This document shows positions 36,765 to 49,847 of a stretch of DNA of 64,000 nt, one piece after another. The stretch comes from Gnetum montanum. Its lineage: Eukaryota; Plantae; Gnetophyta. Position 1 is the stretch's first letter. Every line of letters starts with the position of its first letter. The stretch spans positions 186,001-250,000 of the forward strand of contig MNCI01003467.1 of the NCBI GenBank assembly GCA_015680685.1, given 5' to 3'. The position numbers were made by a program, and so were the translations under genes. Below the pieces are notes generated by a model, which was not told the DNA's origin, searched no databases, and saw only the letters and a program-made list of their open reading frames with translations.

Positions 36765-39609
36765 TTCCCTTCTTTCCATATGTTCCTATGTAGACATCCT
36801 TTTCTATGTTGAACCCTCCTATAATGGTGGTCAAAAGATTCCTCTAGTCCACACCATTTCTATTTCATAGCCATGAGCTATTCAACTACTAGTGCAATCC
36901 TCAAGATCTCCACAAGGCTTGGATCAAGCCTTTTAGATGATCTAGAACCTTACTTAGGAGTTCCAAAAACTTAAGACTAGTACAACCCAAATGGTAAAAT
37001 TCATGAACTTTTACTAAGATGACCCCATCAACCCAACTATCCCTTAAATAACTTTACCCATAGGCATCCCCATCCCCCATTGTACTAAGTATAATGATGA
37101 AGGTGATTCTAATGCAAAGCTTATAACCTTCCATCTATGCTTCCTATTATAGGCTTGGCTTCACATTGTACTGCGAATATTTCCTATGTCCTTATCAAGA
37201 AAAGCTCTAGACTAGTACCAAACTCAACCAAAAGGTCCATCTATTTTCTTGATGATTTAATAACATAATTTGTGAACTTCTTCAAATACAAATTAAAGCC
37301 AAATACAACCTTTAACCAACTCATGAAAGTGAGACAAGGGTCCCTTAAACCAATATAGAAGTTCATTCAAATATGGAATGTAACTCTTAATGAAATTCCT
37401 CAATTCATCTTTGAAATCCACATTTTGGCTATCTTCAAGGAAGCAATTAATGCCTTTATTAAGTCAAAATTAAACCACATAGATATTCAATCACTCAGTC
37501 AAGTCTTTTCCCATATTAAGAAAATAGAGGATATTGCAAAAGCTAGTAATGACCAAATTTATCTAGCCTACAAGAACTAACATATGAAAATGGATAGGGA
37601 TAAGGGTAAATAGACACATGTAGCTATAGCTACCATGGCCAAGGATGTGAAACTGACAAAGGGAGAATAGACATCAGAACTCAAGATCCCTACTATTTCA
37701 TCCCAACCATCAACCATAGGCACTTCTAATGCATGCAATCTTCCAAATCCAAAGTTTGAGCATAAGGACTAGTCTAAGTACACAAAACTACCTATAACTC
37801 TTTGAGCTTCTTGATCAGTTACTCAAAAAACGTTTTATCCAACACAAGAAACTACCAAAGAATGCTTGCAAGAGAAATGCTTGTCTATGTGACATCACTA
37901 AGGATCCAACCATAGCTACAAAATATGATCTGCAAATGACTAAGTACTTCCGACTAGAATAATTTTTCCACTATCATCAACTTTCTAGTCATGACACTAA
38001 TTTTTAGCTAAACCTAAAGGATGATCTTCAAAAGATGATAGATAGTGGAGAATTGGTGATAGATGCTTCCAATCCCATAAGGCCTCAAAATTAACTAATT
38101 TAGGTATACAAATATTTCCTCAATGCTAGTAATGATCCCTATACCATAGCCATTTTTAATACTCCCAATAAGTCTAAAATTTTAAGGAATTCATTTTTGA
38201 TTAAAGTATCCTCTTGTAATGATAATTCTTCAATTTCTTCAAGTTCAACAACCCCTTTCTTTATAAGGGTACCACCATCTACACCTCCTAGAGAGCTCTT
38301 CATCATTAGAGTTCCTTCCCCTCATACTAATAATCCTATAACAAGTAATCACTAGAGTTTACTTATATTGGCTAATGCATTGACATCCTCTCAACCAACC
38401 AATAAGAAATCACCATTAAATCAATGAAAACCATTAGCTCTAAAGCCAAAAGCTAAGGAAAATACTAAACAAAATATCTAGAAAGAAGTAGATTTATCGA
38501 AGCCTACCCCAATCTCAATTATACCCAAGAATCCTACTACATCAACTAGCTAGCCCAAGAAAAGTTACAAATAAGAGAAAAGAAATGGCCCAAAACAACA
38601 AATGCGTAAAGATGAAGTTAAAATCCTAAGTGAGATAGAGGAAGTCAAAGCTAATAAAATAGAGAAACCATCTATCAATGATAAATACTTCCTCACTACC
38701 CTATAACAAGTGAAGCTCTTACTGAAGTAGATAAAAAATTTCCTTCAGCCTTTACAAGTTGGTTATAACTTCTCTTGTTCATCATAAAAACCTTGTTAAA
38801 ATGTTAATATTCAGCCCTATGAGTGAGGATATGTCTATTAGTGAGGAAACCATCCATTCCATTATCATGCCAACTCCACTCAAGAAAGAACAAAAACAAA
38901 TCACTTTGGCATTTCTCAATAGTAAAGTTAAGACTGATTTACAATGTAGTAAAGTGTTGCATACTCCTCTTTTTATCACTAAATGAGTTGGCCAATATAA
39001 AGTGCATCGTGTCCATGTGAATGATAGATTAGCAAAAAATTTCATTCCCTTTCCCATTGTCAAACAATTATACCTAGTCAAGAACATTTAGGATAAATCT
39101 ACTTCAACACTCAAATCCTTCAATAGGTCATGAGTAGCAATTATATGGTTCATTTCATTAGACTTTGTGACTAGGGAATAGTTTTCCACATTAACTGACT
39201 TCCTAGTAGTTGAAAAAACACCAAGCTTTACTTGATTCTAAGATGATCATGGTTGGCTAAGTTATGAGCAATTTCATTACCTATTCACTAAGATATTCAT
39301 CTACCTTATGAGAAAGGTTAAATCATTATCCATGGAGACAACATAGTTCCTTTGTCTATAAACAATGTTGACATTGTACAAGAATCTGAGGTGGAATTTC
39401 AATAGGAAATTCCTATAACCAACAAGGAAACCAATGACCATGGTGAGCATGATGAAGCTATAACCAATAATACAAAAGTCTTGAAAGAACCTTGGAAGCA
39501 ACTCCCATTTAGCATCATCGGTAAATGGAACATAGGGTACAAAATCATACATGAAAAGCCTTACTAGTTAAGTAATCTATCAAATATCAAGAAATAACTA
39601 CATAATTAA
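36765..39609 (+). pseudogene. gag: Remainder of C Gag-protease
   Basis: TKYNDEGDSNAKLITF..IFPMSLSRKALD*Y, FFHYHQLSSHDTNF, RVHVNDRLAKNFI, ending YKIIHEKPY*LSNLSNIKK*LHN*. Confidence 0.88.
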
Positions 39610-41438
39610 AGCATTATCTTTTTTCTCCCCTAGTATATAAGTTGTGGCATCTATACTTTAGTGCATTATTTATAGTTTTTATGTATTTTTTTACAGTTAT
39701 ATTTTGTTACATTATATTTTTAAGTTTTACCTTATCACCTTGTTTTTCTTTTTACTTTTATTTTAATTTGCAATCGACATTTACTGTTTACATAAAACCT
39801 AAAAACCAAAAAATTATGGCTAAGAATAGCATGAAGCATGAAACCAAAATGTAGTATCATATAGCCAAATATAACCAAGTAGTCCATAATAGTAGCCATA
39901 GTTACACAATGTAACAAGAAATAAACATTACATAGTCTCTAAACCCATAAATGATAACAAAATCACAAAAACCAATGGTCATAACAAATAATAAGTATAG
40001 TAAATCATCATTAAATAGTCTAACCAAGCTGTAGGAAGAGGATGAATGTCACTAGAACCATCACAACCATCACCTATGGCCTATAGATAATAAAACATAC
40101 AACCATTAGTAACCATAGTGAACATCCAACATAGCAAAATAAAACAATAAAATAGCCATAACATAAAACACAATTTACAAATCTAATAATATTTGGGAGA
40201 AATATCTTTAGGAGTAAACTTTGAAAGACAAGCCTTAAGCTTGTGAAGAATCTCCTCTTTGCTCATGTTAGCATAGTCAATATTGCCAAAATTCACTCCT
40301 TCAAAGATCTTCTCTCTCTCAATATTTGTCCACTCAAGAGAAGGATGATAAAAGGTATTTGTATATTTCTTCCTAGTTATAATCACAATCTAAGGAGTGG
40401 GAGAATCAAGAACACCTACCAATTCTTAGAAATATCTAAAAGTCCTCTTGATGTCTATACCCTACACAACTAACTCAAGTGCATGCCTCTCAACAGCCTC
40501 TTCCCTCTAAGACTTCTAGTAACGCTCCTTCTCCTCCTTGTACCATCTTTTATCTATCATCTATTTTTTACCTCACTCTAACACTTAGGCACAATAATCT
40601 CTCCACTTCTATGTCTTACGTACCATCATCTCCATTTGTACTTCCTTCTTCATGTTTCTCTTAGCTACAACAACTATTCCTTGTACAGTTGATCAATATC
40701 GAGTCCATTCTATCTCCTTGGTTCTCAAGGAATCTTTAGTGGTCATATCAGCTTCTATAAACTCCTCTCAATTGTTGAGGCTCTTAATCTCATCAAACAA
40801 TTTCTTGTTTTGCTTCTCTATAGCCAAGAGACATTCGCATAGAAACTCATTGCAATGTTGATATTCCCAAAAGAATTCAGCATAGGATGTAATACATTTT
40901 ATAGATCTTTCCTATAGTTTCCTAGAAATGTTCTCATGATTAGAAAATAGAGCTAGAAGCTCATCAAACTTGATGTGTCTAGTATGATTCCAATGAATCT
41001 TAGAGATGGTAAAACCATAAAAAGCATAAAAACATAAAAATGAAAAGTCATTCAAAATCCTAAAAGCATAAATATAAAAAAATTAAAATAATTTTTTTCA
41101 ACATTCCTTATCAACTCATAGGTTGAATTATTATAGCCTATTAACCATATCATCCATAATTTGTTGCATGAACTCTACCTTATTCACAGCCTCTATCCAA
41201 GGCTTATATTGGAATGTGGATGTTTCTGCATGAGCTGTATTTCTTGTATAGCCAAAGTGACCAAGTAAACCAACATCACCTATGTCTGCAATGAAAATAT
41301 AAACAAAAGCCTTTGAATTGATCAAGCAAAGCCTTCAACACTTACTAGAAATATTGTAAGCAATGTCCACTAGAGGATCATCTTCTATAAGAAGTTTATC
41401 TATGAAAATAGAGTCTAGAACATCATGGGCTTCCTTAG

Positions 41439-43709
41439 TGTAGTGCCCATTCATAGGAATTAAGAGCTAACACCTAAAGCCCCCCTAAAAATAAAGCTAC
41501 TTGAAATAAGAAAATGCATAAATGGTTTTCTTTCTACAACAATCAAACTAACATTAACCTATAAAATTAAAACAAAATCAATAGCACCTATATCTAGCTT
41601 TAAAATAGGTCAATCAATATTAATTTTAAGAATTAAGAGATAATTTTAAAAAGAAATAGCCATAGTAAAATATTTGTGCAAAATTCATTAGATTAAAAAA
41701 TCAATTTTTTTTATTCAACCAAAAAAGAAATATCTAATTAAGATCATTTACACATTTGTAAAAGGAAAAAATGACCACAAAAGTAAATCAATCTATAATC
41801 TCATATTTGTTCAATGAGATAATAATATTTTTATAATTTCCAACAACACATAAATAAGATCACCTAAATTTAACTCTTGTAACCATTTTACCATTAATCA
41901 TTTAATCAAGAAATTCATATGTTCAATAGCAAAGAATAGATAGATCACAACCATAAATTAACATCCTAGGCTTTCCCCCACTCCATCAGCTTATATAAAG
42001 GCATCAAAATCAGACTTGAAAGGTATAATTCAAGATTCAGATCCAAGACTTGTGCATTCAAAGGAGGAGGGTTCATCAACCAAATTCCAACCAAAACCTA
42101 AGAACTCAACAATTTTAAAACATTCATAATTATCCATGCACTCAAGGATACTCTCACTTTCTATCAATGGTACCAATCCTCATATTATGGATCCTTGACC
42201 CATGTTGACAATCTTTTGCCAAAAATGCCCAAAATCATTATGGGTGTTTTTGAATCATTATAGAAACAACTCTTATCCAAGTCATTTAGGTGTGAGAGTG
42301 TAGAGGGTTGGTGGAGAGATCCAAAAATGTTAATAAATGTTTTAACAATCTAAGCTTAGAACAAGAATCTTGATAATTTCATACAAGCATTGTAAAGCTA
42401 GTTAGGAAAGCAAGAAGAGAAAAGTTTGAGAAAATCAGCCCTTACTAGCCATTATGAAACATAATAGAGATAGATCATTTTATCTCCTTGCCTTGATATC
42501 TTGCTTGCTAGGAGGAATTATCAGAATATATGATTACTATGCAGCACTTTTTTTCTTCCTCCTTGCTATCTCCTATAGTAGCCATAGTCTTTTCTCCCTT
42601 CCTAGCCATACTTCCTATTGTTGTATCCCTTTCCTTTATCCTACTTAGCTACTTTTACCTTGTATGTTTTTTTCCTATCCTCCTCTCCTTGTTTGTAGGT
42701 GGAATAAGGGATAATGTATGGTTTCTTGTAACTAACTTCTTGGGAATTTTATGTTTTCTTTTCCTTCTTTTTAAAGTTCTCTGTCTCTTTCTTTTTTGGC
42801 AATGATTCATGAGTCCAATTATATTCATGATCACTATCAACAAAAAATCAATAAAATATGTATATTCATTGGTTGTAGGTTGAATTCCTAAATCAACAAT
42901 TTTTGATATCTCAAAATTTAGATTTTACTAGATTGTAGGTTCAATTCCTCTTGATAATTACAAAACATTCCAAAATAATATCTATCTCTTTATCATTTAG
43001 AATTGTCATAAGATGCAAGGAAAAAGTTTTCAAAATAGATTCATGATACGGATAGTTCAAGATACATAATCAAATAAGGCACCTTTCTTTTCAAGTCAAT
43101 AATGATGTGAATTTTTCCATTATCTTACGAGCCTTGAAAGGTTATCATGTAACCTTTCTATAGCCATGAAGAGGGTACTTATACTCTACTATTTTAAAAT
43201 AAAAAGAGTAATGCATCACATTTAGATAAAATAAATAAAATAAAATATAAAGCTATGGTATTTACACATAATATCCTTGATTTAGGTTACTCCAACTTGA
43301 TTCATAGGTCAAGTTCCTTAATATGAGCATTTTTTTTGCATCTCAACATGCCTGTTTTAGCTATTAAGGCACATCTTAGAATAGTGTCCTGTGTTTTTCT
43401 CTTATTTCTCAACATCTTTGTTAAAATAGAACCAAAAATATTTTTTTCCCATAAATTAATTATTATTATTATCTTAAAAAATTCCCAAAATGTATTTTAA
43501 ATAATATTTCTTATGCATAAGGTATTTAAACATTAATCATAATACACATAAAAATTTGGTCAACAAATTTATTACTATTCTAATTAGCCATTTTCACCAC
43601 AGTCCAAACAAAGCACACACATAACCTATCAACAAAACATGCACACAAACATTTAGAAAGACTATTACAATCGTTAATGCAAAAAATAGAGGAAAAGTGA
43701 TTCATTACA
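41439..43709. mobile_element. Insertion G (2271 bp) with TG..CA termini: solo LTR or deleted LTR element
   Basis: TGTAGTG...CATTACA ends, near-TSD cttag/cttgg, splits exon 4 of the C antisense gene. Confidence 0.75.
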
Positions 43710-46700
43710 CTTGGCCATCCTCTCTTCTTCCTCCTTGCACCATTGCTCCTCCTCTACTGTAGCCTTAGTTACTAATTTCTATTAGTCCTTTGCCCATATA
43801 GTGATAACCAAATAATAAATTAGCATAATAAACAATTAAAAACTATGACCAAGATCAAACGTGAAACAAAAAATATATATTATACAACATATGAAACCAA
43901 AAATCATAAGTATCTAAAAGACCCTCTAGTGTGATGGCAAGAGGTTCACCTAGATGTGAATCCAAACAATTCAACCACAAAGATAACCAAATAACAAATA
44001 AAATCAAAAAACACACATACATATCTACTACCACCTATTGGATCTTTTTAATCTTTATTGCCAATTTTGGTTGAGGCACCTATTTGCTTTAAACTACAAT
44101 ATCCTTCTCAACTCCTAGGTGCTTCTTCCTTTTCTTCTCAATCCCCTCAACCTCTACAAATAAGAAACTAGCCTTTTCTACCTTTACCTATGTAACTATA
44201 AGCTCAAACCCTATGCTCTTAGGGGAAAATCCACCTCATATCCTTGGTTGTAATAGACAGTAAATCATCAACATTCTCAATGGGTGGGCCTTGGACACAT
44301 GATATCAACAAAGTATTGAGTGCAAGGCCTAGAAAAATTAGACATATCACGTTCAACCCATTTTTCATTATACTTAACAATCATAAACCCTACAAAAATT
44401 CTTAAATAGACATTAAAAAATGTAAAGTGTATATGATACACAATTGAGTTTCTTATGAAGTTCTTGGATTTCACTTCTAAGACCTATGACCAAAATTGTG
44501 ACCCAATTAAATCTAGTCTCATTTACAAGCACTTTTTTCATCATCCATGCTTGCTATACTTTCATGGTTTTCTTTTGTAACAATAACATAGGGAACACTC
44601 TAGATTGGGACAAAGGGTATCACTCATTCACCTTCTCAATATCACACTTTTCAAAAGATTGTGTCACACCAAGAGGTGATTTGAGCCAAGCCTCTAGATC
44701 CTCCCTACAACTTGAATCCTTTTCTACATTGGCTACCATCATAACACCTTTAAGAGGTATGCCAAAAATATTATAAAAAAAATCTTCATAAACAATTAAA
44801 ACTATAGGAAAACCATGTACACAAGTGTAGAACTCTATAACATCCTCATTAAATGAATTAATCATATTTAACATTTTAGTAGCCAAATAGATGAACTAGG
44901 AAGCATAAAAAGATCAAACAAGCTTGTATGGGTTATTCTCCATTGAATACCTATAGAGGCCTTATTGGATAGTCATTCTTATACCTTGTCTACGTCACCC
45001 CACTTGAAAAGGAGTTTCTCCATGGTTCAACCAAAACTAATCATGGTGATGGTAGACTTCCATACAAAATCTATTATGCATAGTATAGTTAGCCTCAAGC
45101 CAATGTGACTAAAATAGGCCATGAAGAAATTTAAAAATAATAAACAACAATAAAAATAAAACAAGTTATACTTTCTCGACTTAGTAGTTAAGGCTAAAAC
45201 TTTAGGTTGAACTAGGACATGCACTTCTAGATCTTAAAGATCCAAAAATTCATGGAAATGTTTGGTAGCCATGCATTTTAAGTACACTTAAGAATACACC
45301 ATCCTATATTTGGCAAAGTCTACACCAAGTTGGTTAATCACCTATACCTTAATGTTATCTCCTTGCTTCAATTCCTCCAATACTATAGGGGCTAAGGACA
45401 AGGTTTGGTCATTCAACACTAGTCCTACACTTTAAACCTTAAACCTATAAATCATAAACATAAAATCAATAAAACAAGTAGTCCCAAAATAAAAAAATAT
45501 ATGTTTAATCAAATCAAAGCTTATCCATCCAACATGTAGACATTTTCTAGAGAATTTTAAAATAGAGTGATTGGCATATTACCTAACATTAAAGTGTTGT
45601 TGGTGTTATACTATGAGTAAGTTGGCATCTCCAAACTATGATATCTTGGCCGTTTGGTATGTCAAAACCTTAAGAAAAATGGAGAATATGGAAATGTTTT
45701 TGTAGTTTAGCAAGGCCATAAATGAGTAAGGACTTTAGAACAAGAGTTAAGTTTGAAGACGAGATCTACGTTGAGATGTCATAAGATATATGTAGAGATG
45801 TCCTCATGAATCCTACATTGGAAAGATGTGAGCATGGACATGTATGACAACCACAAGCTATATGAAGATGCTATAAGGACTAGAAAGAAGCTAAATCAAT
45901 GAGAGAAAGCCTCAAGAACTAGAGCCCAAAGGTTGAAAAGATGTCTCTAAGAAAAAGATGTCTTAGGTGAGAGGAGTGCATTCATAAGAAGATGTCCCCC
46001 ATGCAGCGACCGAAAACATCAGTGGCTAGAACACTGAAAGGTTGCCAGGTGAACAGTTTAACCCTAGATCTTTGTGAGGGCCATGCTAGAGAGAAATGGA
46101 AATGAGGCACCTTGAATGGTCTGGTCGATTAGACAGGGACTTAATAGGTGTATCTGAACCTTTTTGTAAATGTGGGTTTTGGAAGCGAGACACATGGAGT
46201 AAATCGATGATCAATAAATGCAAAATGGTGAAAATAGTGCAACAAATGATTATAGTAAGGAAGTAACAAATCAAACTTGGGTGAGAAGGTTGCGAATTTG
46301 ATTCTTTGCCTTGCTAAAAGGGGTACAATAGGTTATGCAACACTAGAGAGACACTGCTTACACTGAACAATATAGTCATAGGTCTTCTACTTACTACTCT
46401 ATTTGCTAAGATGTCAAAATGTTTAACTCACAAAGGGATGTTTGGAGCTAACCAGAGAACTCAAAGGTAACTAGAATGCTCAAAATGACAAATATGCTTA
46501 ACTATGCTCTCTGAAAGCCAACTGCACCAAAAAGCCAATCCCTTGAGCATTTTTCGTTGAGGTATTTATAGGGCCAAGAGTAGGAGAGAAGTGTGGTCTA
46601 CATGCCAGATGTCCTGGACCCCACAAAGTGCTAACATGTCTGTACCGTGTAGGTATGTGATGCTAGATGTGAACTTTGTTATGTTGTGACTATACTGCCG

Positions 46701-46989
46701 ACATTGCATGTGCCGAAATCTAGTGTGCTAATAATGTAAGAAAAATAGAGCCTATACTCTAGGACTACGTCTTCCTTGCTCTTACAAGTAGGGTCAAGCA
46801 TAGGAACAATTTTTTTGGGAGTTGACCAAGGATATGAAAAATGAAGTAAAACTGTTGATTTTTCCAAGGAGATGCCAATGTGAGAAAGATTGTTGCCAAC
46901 AAGTTCTAGAGTTACCCAAAGACATCTTGATGCTTCCATGTCAGTGTTGCACTACTCACACTATTGAGCACATTGGTGTAACATAAGTA

Positions 46990-47550
46990 GCTACATGCTA
47001 CGCTGTGCTACGCTACATAGCATAGCATAGCATAGCCACTGGTCTTGATAGAAATTTGTGGAGCTGAAGAGCATTTGTCTTAGGCATAGTTAGGCTAACA
47101 ACTACAACTTTTGTCCTTCATGCTGAGAAGCCTTCAAACTTTGCTAAATTCATGTTTGGAAAATTTCTATTGTTTTTGCATTATTGCTACACTGTGCTAT
47201 GCTATGTAGCATAGCATAGCCTAGTGGCCAATGTGTCATGCTTCTTTGTTCGATCTGCCATTTTCTAGCAAGAAACTTTGCTTGAGGCCTACAGGCTAAG
47301 TGGGGCAAGGAGTTTTGGAGGCCGAAGTCTTGCTAAATTGTAGTCTTTTTATTGGAATCACTTGGCAAGATGGGCCTTTCTGCTTTGCCTTTGCTACGTT
47401 GTGCTATGCTACATAGTGTAGCATAGCGTAGCACCTTGTGTTGGCTGAATCCTAACTTGTCTTGCAATCATTTCATCAATTTGCATTTGGATACTTAAGT
47501 GGTTATCTTTGAAGGCTCGCTACGTTGCACAGTGTAGCATATAGTAGTAG
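46990..47550. repeat. Periodic gctacgctgtgctacgctacatagcatagcatagc blocks in the E LTR
   Basis: Blocks near 46995, 47185, 47393 and 47518. Confidence 0.8.
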
Positions 47551-49221
47551 ACTTATTCACTAGAAAACTTGCCAAACTATTTTGCTCATCCTGAACACTT
47601 TCAACAACTCCTAGCATAGTCTGTGGGTAGACTGTCAGTTGGGTCAATTGTCTAGTTGGGCAGGCCAAAGAGTCCGGCGGGCCTGTTAGCCCTAGAGATA
47701 GAAAACTTGCTGGACTAGATAGTCTATCCTCAGTGCCTATACTTTCCTACCAAACCATCATGATGCTGCACTTGTGGAAGTCCTTGCCCAAATTCCAAGA
47801 CTCTGCTAAAGCATGAGGGTTGTAAAATTTTATGATGTTTCACTGGCCCCTCTTTGTCTACATTTGGAGGATCCACCCAATAGACATCAACAAAGAAAAT
47901 GAAACACCATGAAGGACAAGACACCAACATCACTCTCCGATGGTCACTCAGATGTCTCTTTGCTATGCTTGGGAGTATTAGGATAGTCATGCAGGAAAAG
48001 GGGAAAAGGGTAGACTTGAGGGGATAGGTTCAGGAAAAGGGAGAATGAAGCATAGCGCGGTCCCTTGTTGAAATTCTTGTAAGGGGATTGGCTCATATAA
48101 ACATCTTTCTTTTGCTAGCTTCTGACCTCTCATCGAAATGAATAGAGATGGTCATTGTAAAATAGCTAGTGTGCCATTTGTTTTGGGCACATGCTTCTTT
48201 TTTTGAGCTCTTTTTCTCTTTTGCGCTTTTCTTTTGTTGTTTAGCCATGTTCACTTGCAAACAACCTTGTTATTATAGGACAGGTGTTTCCTCCCCAAGA
48301 TGAGTTGTGTTACATCCATGTGGGGCTTTGACCTACCTACAGATGCTTCCCATGTGGCAAGCTACATTATGTACATCATGGACTTTTTGGTTGAGCATAT
48401 GGGAGGGCTTTACATGCATCGAGAAAGCTTGTAAAAGAGATGTGAAAAGGGAAACTGTGGGTGTAAGAAATGAGATGACGAAGGTTAAGAGGAAGGGTAA
48501 GATGTGCACTCCCAAGTAGCTAAACTAGTCAGAGCGATCATCTCAGGATGATGTAGTGTCCTGTCCTACTGGTGAAATGCATTTTTGATGGACGCCATCT
48601 TGGCTCATATCCTGCAAGCATAACAGAAAGTAGAGTAGAGAAATGTAACCATGAAATGTAGTTAGGCAAAGGTATTACTTGCTTTAGACACCATTGAAAT
48701 GGTAGGCACTATATCTGAGGCATGTGACATCTAAAGCAGGAAGGCCAACAGCGGCTCTAGTAGTGGCACGCTGAAGGGGCTGGCACCAAGGGGGCTAGGA
48801 GTTGTCGTGATGTGAGTGGTTAGGAGTCCCTACCCAAGGCAAACATCATGCAATTCAGCTGTGAGGTGAGAGGCCTAATAGCTGAATGTCTTTTGAGCTT
48901 GGATGATGGCAAGGGCTAGAGGATAGTGACCTTGTGGCTGGGCCACAATGTGCTAGAACTCCAGCAATAGGGGCTGACAACAGAAGCTACTGCCAGGGCA
49001 ATGGGTTGTGGTAGCGGTAGCTTCAAAAGGTTAGCAAGATGTTAGATGAAATCTTTGAAGGATCAGCAAGATGCCAAAGGTAGTGGATGCATATGTTCTA
49101 GAGGGTGTTTTCTTGTTATCGTGAACCACATTCTACAACTACAACGTCCCATCCTGCGTTGGCACTATGCATGCTGCCTTGCTTGTAGGATCGTGGATGC
49201 GGGCTGAGAGCATTGTGTCGT

Positions 49222-49560
49222 GAACCTAGTTTAAGGTCTTGGTAGACCATTAGATGTACTAGTTTAGGATCCCAATAGATGACAATGTGCTAGTTTAAGG
49301 TCCTAGTAAACCATTGTGCTAGTTTAAGGTCCTAGCAGGCCTTTGTGCTAGTTTATCGTCGTAGCAGATGGTGGATGGGCCAGTTTAAGGTCGTAGCAAA
49401 CCATCTCTACTAATTTTACATCATAGTGGATGGTTTGTGCTAGTTTATAGTCATAGTAGACTATCTATGCCAATTTATAGTCATAGCGGACTATCTATGC
49501 TAGTTTATAGTCATAGTAGACTATCTATGCTAGTTTATAGTCATAACAAACTATGGATGC
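49222..49560 (-). repeat. About eleven ~30 bp tandem repeats (E)
   Basis: gctagtttatagtcatagtagactatctat units; the minus strand carries the same TAAACTAG core as 4160-4525. Confidence 0.92.
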
Positions 49561-49619
49561 CTACCTTGTTTCTACATTAGATGTAGTATGGCTTAAGGTA
49601 CAAGTGGTTCATTGGATTT

Positions 49620-49847
49620 GCAATCACATTTTCAGCTTATTGGAACCTTGTAGGGTTAAGTGGTTTCATAATGATGAAACACTTCAAAGTAGAGCTTAGA
49701 ACTTGTATAAGATGTAGTGCCTTTCAAACCACATTTTGAGCTTGTTGGAACCTTATGAGATTCAGAGATTTCATAGTGATAAAACTCTCCATAGTAGAGA
49801 TCAAACCTTGTAAAGGTTTTGGTGTCCTTTAAACCACATTTTGAAAG
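49620..49847 (+). repeat. ~105 bp tandem duplication (2 copies plus a partial) in H
   Basis: ayc acattttsagctt.ttggaacc at 49621 and 49727, partial at 49831. Confidence 0.75.

Larger units (their letters stand above)
46002..49560 (-). mobile_element. Element E: 5'-truncated Tat/Ogre-like 3' end (tandem array, 3' UTR, PPT, LTR 47842-46002)
   Basis: PPT aaagaggggcca then TGAAACATCA at 47842, LTR end ttcggtcgctgCA at 46002, TATA ccctataaatacc near 46565. 3' region resembles A 4740-5705. Confidence 0.82.
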
